Source of the DNA: an uncultured Curvibacter sp.
GTDB taxonomy: Bacteria; Pseudomonadota; Gammaproteobacteria; Burkholderiales; Burkholderiaceae_C
Direction: 5' to 3'
Length of the DNA stretch: 64,000 nucleotides
NCBI GenBank assembly: GCA_903828535.1
Contig: CAIKMN010000022.1
Span: 46,854 to 110,853 of the forward strand
Shown here: piece after piece, positions 10,247-19,432 of the stretch
Position numbering within the stretch: position 1 is the stretch's first letter
How the letters are laid out: every line of letters starts with the position of its first letter
The notes under the pieces: model-generated
Seen by the model: only the letters and a program-made list of their open reading frames with translations
What the model was told of the DNA's origin: nothing
Databases searched by the model: none
Program-made: the position numbers and the translations under genes

Positions 10247-11268
10247 GCCATCACCTCCTGTGGTGACGCCGCGGGGTCAAAGAAAACTTTGACCTCTTTA
10301 GGCAAGCGTCGACCTGTTCCATGGGCCCGCTCCAGAACCTGCCAAAAATAGCGGTAACTGGCGCGGTCGTGTAGTTGCCCCGCATGGCTGATGGGCGCCC
10401 ATTCAGACGCTTGCGCCGCCAAAATGATGTGGGCCGCATTTTCAATTTCGGCTTCATCAGGGGCAAACGCTGACAATATAGGCCTGATTTGGTCCGGATG
10501 GATGCTCCACATGCGTGTAAAACCCAATTCAGTGGCTGCACGGCGGGCCAAAGCCTGCAAAACCGCCGTCTCTTTGAATTCAGTGACCACACAGTGGCTG
10601 GGCACTTTGCCCGCCGCATGGGCAGCAGAGGCGATTTCTAACTTGGCACGCAGCACCAAGGGGTGACTGAACTGGCCCGCCGACGTCATGGCCGAGCCTG
10701 GGATGGCGCCGCCATGGGCAGAAACAAAGTCCATCAGCCCAAAGCTCAAAGATTGCACCTGCGGGTGGGCCGCGATGGCAAAGGCTTGCTGGACAGCACC
10801 GGGGGACTCGATCAAACAATGAAGTGGCAAATCGGGGTGACCGGCCAATCGAACCGCCTCTGCAGCCCGCTCAACATCGGCCACAGACTCCACCTTGGGG
10901 ACCATCACATGGCACAAGCGGTGACCGGCTTGACCGACGATGGTGGCCATGTCGGCATCAAACGAAGGGTGATCTACAGGGTGAACACGAACCGCCACCC
11001 GAGGAACCAAGCTGGTAGACGGAAAAAGCGCCGATTGAAGCGCCAGCTCAGTCACCAAGGCGGCGTGCTCCGCTTCGCCGCCCACGGGCGCACCGTCCTC
11101 ACAATCGAGGGTCACGTCAAAGACGCAGGTGCCCCATTCTTGGGTCATTTCGGCCTGCAACTGCAGGCTTTTTCGCATCCTCACCTCAACGCCACTGTAA
11201 TGGTCACAGACCGGTAGCAGCCCCTGCTTGGCCTGGGGCCCCAACAAAACGGCGCGGGGGTGGTTCAC
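10243..11268 (-). CDS. HpcH/HpaI aldolase / citrate lyase beta (CitE)-like CoA-ester lyase
   Basis: It resembles the CitE family (FDVTLDCEDGAP..., MVPKVES, SFGLMDF). The start is GTG and its exact position is uncertain. Confidence 0.78.
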   Translation of the reverse strand: MNHPRAVLLGPQAKQGLLPVCDHYSGVEVRMRKSLQLQAEMTQEWGTCVFDVTLDCEDGAPVGGEAEHAALVTELALQSALFPSTSLVPRVAVRVHPVDHPSFDADMATIVGQAGHRLCHVMVPKVESVADVERAAEAVRLAGHPDLPLHCLIESPGAVQQAFAIAAHPQVQSLSFGLMDFVSAHGGAIPGSAMTSAGQFSHPLVLRAKLEIASAAHAAGKVPSHCVVTEFKETAVLQALARRAATELGFTRMWSIHPDQIRPILSAFAPDEAEIENAAHIILAAQASEWAPISHAGQLHDRASYRYFWQVLERAHGTGRRLPKEVKVFFDPAASPQEVMA

Positions 11269-11306
11269 GAAATTCAGTGCTGGTTCTGTATCAGGAACAA
11301 GACTGA

Positions 11307-12293
11307 TTACAGCAGGTGGGCCACACCGGCTTGTTCGTCGGTCAACTCTTTCAGCGTCTTGTTGATGCGCTCTTGGCTGAACTCGTCGATGGCCAAGCCT
11401 TCGACGATTTTGTATTCGCCGCCTTGGGTGGTGACGGGGAAACCGAACACCACGCCAGCGGGAATGCCGTATTCGCCGTTAGAGGGAACCCCCATGGTGA
11501 CCCATTGGCCATTGGAGCCCAAGGCCCAATCGCGCATGTGGTCGATAGCGGCATTGGCGGCCGAAGCGGCCGACGACAAACCACGTGCTTCAATGATGGC
11601 CGCGCCGCGCTTGCCCACGGTGGGCAAGAAGGTGTCGGCGTTCCAAACTTGGTCGTTGATGGTGTCTTTGACGCTTTGGCCGTTGACCGTCGCAAAGCGG
11701 TAGTCGGCGTACATGGTGGGCGAGTGGTTGCCCCACACCGTGAGCTTTTGGATGTCGCCCACAGCGCAAGAAATCTTGGCTGCGATTTGACTGGCCGCAC
11801 GGTTGTGGTCCAGTCGCAACATGGCGGTGAAGTTCTTGGAAGGCAGATCAGGGGCGGACTTCATGGCGATGTAGGCGTTGGTGTTGGCGGGGTTACCGAC
11901 CACCAAAACCTTGACATTGCGCGAAGCCACTGCGTTCAAAGCCTTGCCTTGAGCGGTAAAAATTTGGGCATTGGCGGCCAACAAGTCGGCGCGTTCCATG
12001 CCAGGGCCACGCGGACGGGCACCGACCAACAAAGCGTAGTCGGCGTCTTTGAAAGCCACCAAAGGGTCGCCTGTGGGGATCACACCAGCGAGCAAGGGGA
12101 AGGCGCAATCTTCTAACTCCATGATCACGCCCTTGAGGGCTTTTTGTGCTTTTTCGTCAGGAATTTCGAGCAATTGCAAAATCACGGGCTGGTCTTTGCC
12201 CAACATTTCGCCCGAGGCGATGCGAAACAACAATGCGTAACCAATCTGACCAGCGGCACCAGTAACGGCCACGCGAACGGGCGATTTGCTCAT
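11307..12293 (-). CDS. mdh: malate dehydrogenase
   Basis: It has [21 protein letters not shown] and LDHNRA motifs. The start is placed at ATG 12293, which has a GGAG SD. Confidence 0.95.
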   Translation of the reverse strand: MSKSPVRVAVTGAAGQIGYALLFRIASGEMLGKDQPVILQLLEIPDEKAQKALKGVIMELEDCAFPLLAGVIPTGDPLVAFKDADYALLVGARPRGPGMERADLLAANAQIFTAQGKALNAVASRNVKVLVVGNPANTNAYIAMKSAPDLPSKNFTAMLRLDHNRAASQIAAKISCAVGDIQKLTVWGNHSPTMYADYRFATVNGQSVKDTINDQVWNADTFLPTVGKRGAAIIEARGLSSAASAANAAIDHMRDWALGSNGQWVTMGVPSNGEYGIPAGVVFGFPVTTQGGEYKIVEGLAIDEFSQERINKTLKELTDEQAGVAHLL

Positions 12294-12372
12294 AGGAAAC
12301 TCCAAAAGTTAAAGAAAAAATGAACCAAAATTTGTAAGGAGTTTAACCGCGAATGACCGCCTCGGTCAATTT

Positions 12373-12393
12373 GTCTTATGTCTTATATAAGAT
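12373..12393. promoter_or_regulatory. putative operator: GTCTTAT-GTCTTAT-ATAAGAT containing the perfect 12-bp palindrome TCTTATATAAGA
   Basis: Read directly from the sequence. It lies 12-32 bp upstream of the GntR-family gene in the mdh/GntR divergent gap and overlaps a TAGAAT -10-like hexamer (12393-12398). Confidence 0.45.
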
Positions 12394-12404
12394 AGAATTA
12401 ATCC

Positions 12405-13205
12405 ATGAATACCAGCGTCACGCCCACGCCCTCGTCAAACCAAGATGCGTCTTCTGCGACGCCGCCGGTTTTGCCCGAAGCCCCGGCTTTCAGCCCTTTG
12501 TATCAACAGATCAAAGACCTGATTTTGCAAGGCTTGCGCTTGGACGAATGGAAGCCTGGCGAGGCCATTCCAAGCGAGATCGAATTGGCCACCCGCTACC
12601 ACGTCAGCCAAGGCACGGTGCGCAAAGCCATCGATGAGTTGGCCGCCGAAAACTTGCTGGTGCGCCGCCAAGGCAAGGGCACTTTTGTGGCCACGCATTC
12701 GGAAGACCATGTTCAGTATCGGTTCTTAAAACTCATGCCCGACCAAGGCAGCGCCTCCGAAGAAGGCCCCGCGCAACGAACCGTCATCGAGTGCAAACGT
12801 TTGCGCGCCAATGCAGAAGTGGCGAAGTCGCTGGCGCTGCGCACTGGCGACTCCGTCTTATTTGTTCGTCGGGTGCTGTCTTTTGGGGGTGTCCCCACCA
12901 TTCTGGAAGACATGTGGTTGCCTGGCGCGGCATTCAAAAATTTAACTGCCGAACAAATGACCACTTACCAAGGCCCTACCTACGCTTTGTTTGAAAAAGT
13001 GTTCGGGGTTCGCATGCTGCGCGCCGAAGAAAAACTCAAAGCCGTTTGCCCTTTGCCAGACCAAGCCAAATTGCTTGGAGTCAAGCCCATCACCCCCCTG
13101 CTGAGCGTCGAGCGTTTGGCGTTCACTTACAACGATGCGCCCATCGAACTGCGCCGCTGCTTGTACCTCACCGATACCCACCACTATCGCAACGATCTAA
13201 ATTGA
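12405..13205 (+). CDS. GntR-family transcriptional regulator (HutC-like, UTRA effector domain)
   Basis: It has a winged-HTH (PSEIELATRYHVSQGTVRKAIDELAAENLLVRRQGKGTFV) and a UTRA-like C-terminal half. Confidence 0.85.
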   Translation: MNTSVTPTPSSNQDASSATPPVLPEAPAFSPLYQQIKDLILQGLRLDEWKPGEAIPSEIELATRYHVSQGTVRKAIDELAAENLLVRRQGKGTFVATHSEDHVQYRFLKLMPDQGSASEEGPAQRTVIECKRLRANAEVAKSLALRTGDSVLFVRRVLSFGGVPTILEDMWLPGAAFKNLTAEQMTTYQGPTYALFEKVFGVRMLRAEEKLKAVCPLPDQAKLLGVKPITPLLSVERLAFTYNDAPIELRRCLYLTDTHHYRNDLN

Positions 13206-13236
13206 TCGGAAATGAAAGCTTCGAGACAGTTTTTGT

Positions 13237-13255
13237 TATTGCACTGCAATAGAAT
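13237..13255 (+). promoter_or_regulatory. inverted repeat TATTGCA-C-TGCAATA overlapping a TAGAAT -10-like hexamer upstream of sdhC
   Basis: Read directly from the sequence. It lies 28-46 bp upstream of the sdhC ATG, and a GGAG SD sits at 13272-13275. Confidence 0.3.
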
Positions 13256-13282
13256 CCAGATGTTTTATTCACGGAGCCTGAC

Positions 13283-13729
13283 ATGAGCCATGTAGAAAAT
13301 CCAGCCGGTAAACAACGGCCTGAATTTCGCAACATCAACGCCTTTAAAGACCTCCCAACCTACCGTTTGCCTGCCGCAGGTTGGGTTTCAATTCTGCACC
13401 GCATCAGCGGGTTGTTGATGTTCCTGTTGCTGCCTTTCATCATTTGGATGTTCGATAAATCGATCTCCTCTGAAATCTCCTTTGCCAAATTCACCAGCGC
13501 TTTCACGCTGGGCTTGGGCTTTGTGCCAGGCGCTTTGGTGAAGTTGGTGGTGTTGGGCTTGATCTGGGCGTTCGTGCACCACCTGATCGCCGGCCTGCGT
13601 CACCTGTGGATGGACACCCACCACGACGCCGTCAGCAAAGAATTCGGCCGCAGCTCGGCCATCGTCACCCTGGCTTTGAGCGTCGGCTTGACCGTGGTCT
13701 TGGGGGCCAAATTGTTTGGTTTGTACTAA
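13283..13729 (+). CDS. sdhC: succinate dehydrogenase cytochrome b556 subunit
   Basis: It is a small three-TM protein (SILHRISG motif) and the first gene of the sdhCDAB order. Confidence 0.9.
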   Translation: MSHVENPAGKQRPEFRNINAFKDLPTYRLPAAGWVSILHRISGLLMFLLLPFIIWMFDKSISSEISFAKFTSAFTLGLGFVPGALVKLVVLGLIWAFVHHLIAGLRHLWMDTHHDAVSKEFGRSSAIVTLALSVGLTVVLGAKLFGLY

Positions 13730-13744
13730 TTTTTAGGAACTGAT

Positions 13745-14110
13745 ATGTCTGTCAATTTTGGTTCTCAACGCACGGTTGTCGGCGCCCACTATGGTTGGCG
13801 CGATTGGTTGGCACAGCGGGTCACCGCCGTGCTGATGGTGATCTTCACTTTGGTGGTGTTACTCAGCCTGATCTTCACGCAAGGCCCTGTCGGTTATGAC
13901 ACTTGGTCGGGCTTGTTTTCGGGTCAATTCATGAAGGCTTTGACGCTGGTGGTCATCATCAGCTTGGGCTACCACGCCTGGGTCGGTGTGCGTGACATTT
14001 GGATGGACTACATCAAGCCCGTCGGTGTGCGCTTGGCGCTCGAAATTTTCTCAATCGTTTGGCTGGTGGCTTGCGCTGGCTGGGCCGTTCAAGTTCTGTG
14101 GAGACTGTAA
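13745..14110 (+). CDS. sdhD: succinate dehydrogenase hydrophobic membrane anchor subunit
   Basis: It is a three-TM protein of 121 aa located between sdhC and sdhA. Confidence 0.88.
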   Translation: MSVNFGSQRTVVGAHYGWRDWLAQRVTAVLMVIFTLVVLLSLIFTQGPVGYDTWSGLFSGQFMKALTLVVIISLGYHAWVGVRDIWMDYIKPVGVRLALEIFSIVWLVACAGWAVQVLWRL

Positions 14111-14113
14111 ATC

Positions 14114-15910
14114 ATGGCGTATACAAAATCCGAAATCTCCACCCGCGCGTTTGACGTGGTGATCATCGGCGCTGGCGGTTCGGGCATGCGTGCTTCTTTG
14201 CAATTGTCGCGTGCGGGCCTGAATGTGGCCGTGTTATCCAAGGTGTTCCCCACCCGCTCACACACCGTCGCCGCACAGGGCGGCATTGGTGCGTCCTTGG
14301 GCAACATGTCGGACGACAACTGGCATTACCATTTTTACGACACCGTCAAAGGCTCCGACTGGTTGGGCGACCAAGACGCCATCGAATTCATGTGCCAAGA
14401 AGCGCCCAAGGTCGTTTATGACCTCGAGCACATGGGCATGCCTTTTGACCGCAACCCCGACGGCACCATTTACCAACGACCCTTTGGTGGCCACACTGCC
14501 AACTACGGCGAAAAGCCCGTTCAACGTGCTTGTGCAGCGGCCGACCGCACGGGTCACGCCATGTTGCACACGCTTTACCAACAAAACGTGGCCGCCAAGA
14601 CCAGTTTCTTCGTCGAATGGATGGCCCTTGACCTGATCCGCGACGCCGATGGCGATGTGGTCGGCGTCACGGCCCTGGAAATGGAAACCGGTGACCTCCA
14701 CATCTTGCGCGCCAAAACCGTGTTGCTCGCCACGGGCGGTGCGGGTCGTATTTTTGCAGCCTCGACCAACGCCTTCATCAACACCGGCGACGGTTTGGGC
14801 ATGGCTGCCCGCGCTGGCATCCCGCTTGAAGACATGGAATTCTGGCAATTTCACCCGACCGGCGTGGCCGGCGCAGGCGTGTTGCTGACCGAAGGTTGCC
14901 GCGGCGAAGGCGCTATTCTGCTGAACAGCGAAGGCGAGCGCTTCATGGAACGCTATGCACCCACTTTGAAAGACTTGGCCCCCCGTGACTTCGTGTCCCG
15001 CTCAATGGACCAAGAAATCAAAGAAGGCCGTGGTTGCGGCCCCAACAAAGACCATGTGTTGTTGAAGCTCGATCACTTAGGCGCTGAAACCATTCACAAG
15101 CGCTTGCCCTCCGTTTACGAAATCGGCATCAACTTTGCCAACGTTGACATCACCAAAGAGCCCATACCCGTGGTGCCCACCATCCATTACCAAATGGGCG
15201 GCATCCCCACCAATGTGTTTGGTCAAGTGGTTGTGCCCAAGGGCGACGATTACAAGGCCGTGGTCAATGGCCTTTACGCAGTCGGCGAATGCTCCTGCGT
15301 GAGCGTGCACGGCGCCAACCGCTTGGGCACAAATTCGCTGCTCGACTTGTTGGTGTTCGGCCGTGCTGCCGGCAACCACATTGTGGAAGCCAATAAAACC
15401 GCCGTCTTGAAGCCTTTGCCGGCGGATGCGGCCGACCAAACCTTGGCCCGCTTGAACCGGTTGGAAAGCAACGCCAAGGGCGAATACGCTCAAAACGTCG
15501 CCAACGACATCCGCGCTTCCATGCAACAACACGCCGGCGTGTTCCGCACGCAAGCGAGCATGGACCAAGGCGTGGTCAAGATGAACGACTTGGCTGAACG
15601 TGTCAAAAACATTGGCCTGGCCGACGACTCGCGCGTCTTCAACACCGCCCGCATCGAAGCGCTGGAAGTTGAGAACTTGATCGAAGCCGCTCAAGCCACC
15701 ATCATCTCCGCCGCAGCTCGCCACGAGAGCCGTGGCGCCCACACCGTGGACGATTACGCCGACACGCCCGAGCACCCCAATGGTCGCAACGACGAACAAT
15801 GGCTCAAGCACACGCTGTGGTACAGCGAAGGCAATCGCTTGGCCTACAAGCCGGTCAACCTGCAACCCAAAACGGTGGAGAGCGTGCCCCCCAAGGTACG
15901 GACTTTCTAA
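14114..15910 (+). CDS. sdhA: succinate dehydrogenase flavoprotein subunit
   Basis: Motifs DVVIIGAGGSGMRA, RSHTVAAQGG, HPTG and GANRLGTNSLLD are present. Confidence 0.97.
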   Translation: MAYTKSEISTRAFDVVIIGAGGSGMRASLQLSRAGLNVAVLSKVFPTRSHTVAAQGGIGASLGNMSDDNWHYHFYDTVKGSDWLGDQDAIEFMCQEAPKVVYDLEHMGMPFDRNPDGTIYQRPFGGHTANYGEKPVQRACAAADRTGHAMLHTLYQQNVAAKTSFFVEWMALDLIRDADGDVVGVTALEMETGDLHILRAKTVLLATGGAGRIFAASTNAFINTGDGLGMAARAGIPLEDMEFWQFHPTGVAGAGVLLTEGCRGEGAILLNSEGERFMERYAPTLKDLAPRDFVSRSMDQEIKEGRGCGPNKDHVLLKLDHLGAETIHKRLPSVYEIGINFANVDITKEPIPVVPTIHYQMGGIPTNVFGQVVVPKGDDYKAVVNGLYAVGECSCVSVHGANRLGTNSLLDLLVFGRAAGNHIVEANKTAVLKPLPADAADQTLARLNRLESNAKGEYAQNVANDIRASMQQHAGVFRTQASMDQGVVKMNDLAERVKNIGLADDSRVFNTARIEALEVENLIEAAQATIISAAARHESRGAHTVDDYADTPEHPNGRNDEQWLKHTLWYSEGNRLAYKPVNLQPKTVESVPPKVRTF

Positions 15911-15979
15911 GCCTTAAAAACGTCGACCCCCTCGTCCACCTTGCAACCTGTTTGAACAAACATTGGAAAGAGCCACACC

Positions 15980-16681
15980 ATGAAACGCACTTTCAACATC
16001 TACCGCTACGATCCCGATAAAGACGCTAAGCCCTACATGCAAACCATTGAGATTGAGCTCGATGGCCATGAGCGCATGTTGCTGGACGCCTTGATGAAGC
16101 TCAAAGCGCAAGACCCCACGTTGTCGTTCCGTCGCTCCTGCCGTGAAGGCGTTTGCGGTTCCGACGCCATGAACATCAACGGTAAAAACGGTTTGGCTTG
16201 CCTGACCAACATGCTGACGTTGCCAGGCGTCATCACCTTGAAGCCACTGCCAGGCCTGCCCGTGATCCGCGACTTGATCGTCGACATGACCCAGTTCTTC
16301 AAGCAATACAACTCCATCAAGCCTTACCTCATCAACGACACCATTCCCCCTGAAAAAGAGCGTTTGCAGTCGCCTGAAGAGCGTGACGAATTGAACGGCT
16401 TGTACGAATGCATTTTGTGCGCCAGCTGCTCCACCAGCTGCCCCAGCTTCTGGTGGAACCCCGACAAATTTGTCGGCCCCGCTGGTTTATTGCAGGCTTA
16501 CCGCTTCATCGCCGACAGCCGCGACCAAGCCACTGAGCAGCGTCTGGACAATTTGGACGATCCTTACCGCCTGTTCCGTTGCCACACCATCATGAATTGT
16601 GTTGATGTTTGCCCCAAGGGTTTGAACCCCACCAAGGCCATCGGCAAAATTAAAGAGATGCTGGTTCACCGCGCGGTCTAA
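15980..16681 (+). CDS. sdhB: succinate dehydrogenase iron-sulfur subunit
   Basis: The three Fe-S Cys clusters are present (SCREGVCGSDAMNING, CILCASCSTSCP, CHTIMNCVDVCPKG). Confidence 0.97.
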   Translation: MKRTFNIYRYDPDKDAKPYMQTIEIELDGHERMLLDALMKLKAQDPTLSFRRSCREGVCGSDAMNINGKNGLACLTNMLTLPGVITLKPLPGLPVIRDLIVDMTQFFKQYNSIKPYLINDTIPPEKERLQSPEERDELNGLYECILCASCSTSCPSFWWNPDKFVGPAGLLQAYRFIADSRDQATEQRLDNLDDPYRLFRCHTIMNCVDVCPKGLNPTKAIGKIKEMLVHRAV

Positions 16682-16684
16682 ACC

Positions 16685-17002
16685 ATGGACGCCGCCCTCC
16701 CCGTTGAACTTGAAACTGACCCGACCCTCGCGGCTCGGGACAGCGCCGAGTCATTGGGTGAGCGCGCTTACAGCAAATTGCGCTGGCGTTGCCGTCGGGG
16801 TTTGTTGGAAAACGACCTGTTCATCGAAAAATTCTTTGCCCGCCATGAAGACCAACTCACGGTGGGCGATGCGCGGGCTTTGTACGCGCTGATGAACTTG
16901 TCTGACAACGACCTGATGGACCTGCTGATGCGGCGCCAGCCCTTGCCAGACGACCTGGCGACGCCCGAGGTGAGCCGCGTCTTGGCGCTCTTCACGCCTT
17001 GA
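16685..17002 (+). CDS. sdhE: FAD assembly factor SdhE (succinate dehydrogenase assembly factor 2)
   Basis: It has the RWRCRRGLLENDL motif typical of SdhE/YgfY and lies after sdhB. Confidence 0.8.
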   Translation: MDAALPVELETDPTLAARDSAESLGERAYSKLRWRCRRGLLENDLFIEKFFARHEDQLTVGDARALYALMNLSDNDLMDLLMRRQPLPDDLATPEVSRVLALFTP

Positions 17003-17052
17003 GCAAAATTTTTTATTAACTTTCCCGGCAAATCTAACCAAAGGAAATCACC

Positions 17053-18363
17053 ATGAAGCTAGCGGACAACAAAGCCACCCTGTCGTTCAGCAACGGCAGC
17101 CCCAACGTCGAACTGCCCGTTTACAGTGGCAGCATCGGCCCCGATGTCATCGACATCCGCAAGCTGTATGCACAAACCGGCATGTTCACCTATGACCCCG
17201 GGTTCCTGTCCACCGCGGCTTGCCAATCGGCCATCACCTACATCGACGGCGACAAAGGTGAGTTGCTCTACCGCGGCTACCCCATCGAACAATTGGCCAC
17301 CAACTGTGATTTCTTGGAAACTTGTCACCTCTTGCTGAATGGCGAATTGCCCAATGCGGCGCAAAAAGCGGCTTTCACCCAAAACGTGACTCAGCACACC
17401 ATGGTGCATGAGCAAATGCAATTCTTCTTGCGTGGCTTCCGCCGCGACGCTCACCCCATGGCGGTTCTGACCGGTTTGGTCGGCGGCATGTCGGCCTTTT
17501 ACCACGACAGCACCGACATCAACAACCCCGAGCACCGTGAAATCACGGCCATCCGCTTGATCGCCAAGATGCCCACGCTCGTCGCCATGGCTTACAAATA
17601 CAGCGTTGGCCAGCCCTTCGTGTACCCCCGCAACGACCTGAGCTACGCCGGCAACTTCCTGCACATGATGTTCGCCACTCCGTGTGAAGAATATAAAGTG
17701 AACCCCGTGCTCGAACGCGCGCTGGACCGCATCTTCATCTTGCACGCTGACCACGAACAAAACGCCTCCACCTCCACCGTGCGTTTGTGCGGTTCTTCTG
17801 GCACCAACCCATTTGCCGCCATCGCTGCGGGTGTGGCTTGCTTGTGGGGCCCCGCACACGGCGGCGCGAACGAGGCTTGCTTGAACATGTTGCAAGACAT
17901 TCAAGCCATGGGCGGCATCTCCAAGGTGGGCGAGTTCATGGAAAAGGTCAAAGACAAAAACTCTGGCGTTCGCTTGATGGGCTTCGGTCACCGTGTTTAC
18001 AAAAACTACGACCCCCGCGCCAAATTGATGCAAGAAACCTGCAACGAAGTGTTGCAAGAACTCGGCTTGGGCAATGACCCCTTGTTCAAACTGGCCAAGG
18101 AAGTCGAGCGCATCGCGTTGGAAGACGACTACTTCGTTTCTCGCAAGCTCTACCCCAATGTGGACTTCTACTCTGGCATCGTGCAACGCGCCATTGGCAT
18201 TCCGGTCGACTTGTTCACCGCCATCTTCGCCTTGGCCCGCACGGTCGGCTGGATGTCACAACTGAACGAAATGATTGGCGACCCCGAATACAAAATTGGC
18301 CGTCCCCGCCAGTTGTACGTCGGTGCCGAACGCCGCGACGTGCCCGCTTTGGCCGCCCGCTGA
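17053..18363 (+). CDS. gltA: citrate synthase (type II)
   Basis: It has [16 protein letters not shown] and [14 protein letters not shown] motifs and is 436 aa. Confidence 0.97.
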   Translation: MKLADNKATLSFSNGSPNVELPVYSGSIGPDVIDIRKLYAQTGMFTYDPGFLSTAACQSAITYIDGDKGELLYRGYPIEQLATNCDFLETCHLLLNGELPNAAQKAAFTQNVTQHTMVHEQMQFFLRGFRRDAHPMAVLTGLVGGMSAFYHDSTDINNPEHREITAIRLIAKMPTLVAMAYKYSVGQPFVYPRNDLSYAGNFLHMMFATPCEEYKVNPVLERALDRIFILHADHEQNASTSTVRLCGSSGTNPFAAIAAGVACLWGPAHGGANEACLNMLQDIQAMGGISKVGEFMEKVKDKNSGVRLMGFGHRVYKNYDPRAKLMQETCNEVLQELGLGNDPLFKLAKEVERIALEDDYFVSRKLYPNVDFYSGIVQRAIGIPVDLFTAIFALARTVGWMSQLNEMIGDPEYKIGRPRQLYVGAERRDVPALAAR

Positions 18364-18394
18364 CTTCAGGCACTCTTTAGAGTGCTGTGAAATA

Positions 18395-18431
18395 AAAAGC
18401 CCACTCAGCATTTGCTGGTGGGCTTTCTTTA
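18395..18431. terminator. Rho-independent (bidirectional-type) terminator between convergent gltA and the nitronate monooxygenase gene
   Basis: The stem AGCCCAC..GTGGGCT (18398-18424) is extended by CAGCA/TGCTG. It has an A-run before and TTTCTTT after. Confidence 0.7.
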
Positions 18432-18476
18432 TTGGCAGAGGAAACAGGGCAGGCGCTCATACCCAAATGCACTTGA

Positions 18477-19430
18477 TTAAAGGCTCAAACGCGCTCGTGC
18501 GGTTTGGTATTCACGCTTCCACTGCGCCACCAACTCGGCCGTGGTTTGCACCTTGTTGATCGCGCCAATGCCTTGGCCGCAACCCCAAATGTCTTTCCAA
18601 GCCTTTTTAGCGTCACCGCCAAAATTCATTTTGCTGGGGTCACTTTCTGGCAAGTTGTCGGGGTCCAAACCAGCGGCCACGATGGAGGGTTTCAGGTAAT
18701 TGCCGTGGACGCCAGTGAACAGGTTGCTGTAAACAATGTCGTCGGAGTTGCTTTGAACAATAGCTTGTTTGTATTCTTCGGCCGCACGGGCTTCGGCGGT
18801 GGCGATGAAGGCGGAGCCGATGTAGGCGAAGTCGGCGCCCATGGCTTGGGCCGCCAAAATGGCCGAGCCACTGGCCATAGAACCCGACAAGGCAACGGGG
18901 CCTTCAAACCACTGGCGAATTTCTTGAATCAGCGCAAACGGGCTTTTGGTGCCTGCATGTCCCCCTGCCCCTGCGGCCACGGCGATCAAGCCATCCGCGC
19001 CTTTTTCGATGGCTTTGTGGGCGAAGGCATTGTTGATGATGTCGTGCAAGACGACGCCGCCGTAAGCGTGAATGGCGTCGTTCACATCGGTGCGCGCACC
19101 CAAGGAGGTGATGATGACAGGCACCTTGTACTTGGCCACCATTTCCATGTCGTGGTCGAGCCGGTCGTTGCTCTTGTGGACGATTTGGTTGATGGCAAAT
19201 GGTGCCGCCGGCGCGTCCGGGTGGGCTTGGTTGTAGGCGGCCAACGTCTCGGTGATTTCAGCCAACCAATCGTCCAGTTGGGCGGCGGGGCGTGCGTTCA
19301 GCGCGGGCATCGAGCCAATCACGCCGGCCTTGCACTGCTCAATCACCAACTTGGGGTTGCTGATGATGAACAGCGGCGAGCCAATGACCGGAAAGGGGCG
19401 ATTTTGAAGAACGGCGGGCAATTTCGACAT
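18477..19430 (-). CDS. nitronate monooxygenase (2-nitropropane dioxygenase-like, FMN-dependent)
   Basis: It resembles the NMO family (IISNPKLVIEQCKAGVIGSMPALN, AGGHAG). Confidence 0.85.
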   Translation of the reverse strand: MSKLPAVLQNRPFPVIGSPLFIISNPKLVIEQCKAGVIGSMPALNARPAAQLDDWLAEITETLAAYNQAHPDAPAAPFAINQIVHKSNDRLDHDMEMVAKYKVPVIITSLGARTDVNDAIHAYGGVVLHDIINNAFAHKAIEKGADGLIAVAAGAGGHAGTKSPFALIQEIRQWFEGPVALSGSMASGSAILAAQAMGADFAYIGSAFIATAEARAAEEYKQAIVQSNSDDIVYSNLFTGVHGNYLKPSIVAAGLDPDNLPESDPSKMNFGGDAKKAWKDIWGCGQGIGAINKVQTTAELVAQWKREYQTARARLSL

Positions 19431-19432
19431 GA

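Noticed and set aside
11269-11306. A weak hairpin between mdh and the citE-like gene could be an attenuator.
   Set aside because: It has only a 4-bp core stem with mismatched flanks and no T-run. That is not distinguishable from chance.
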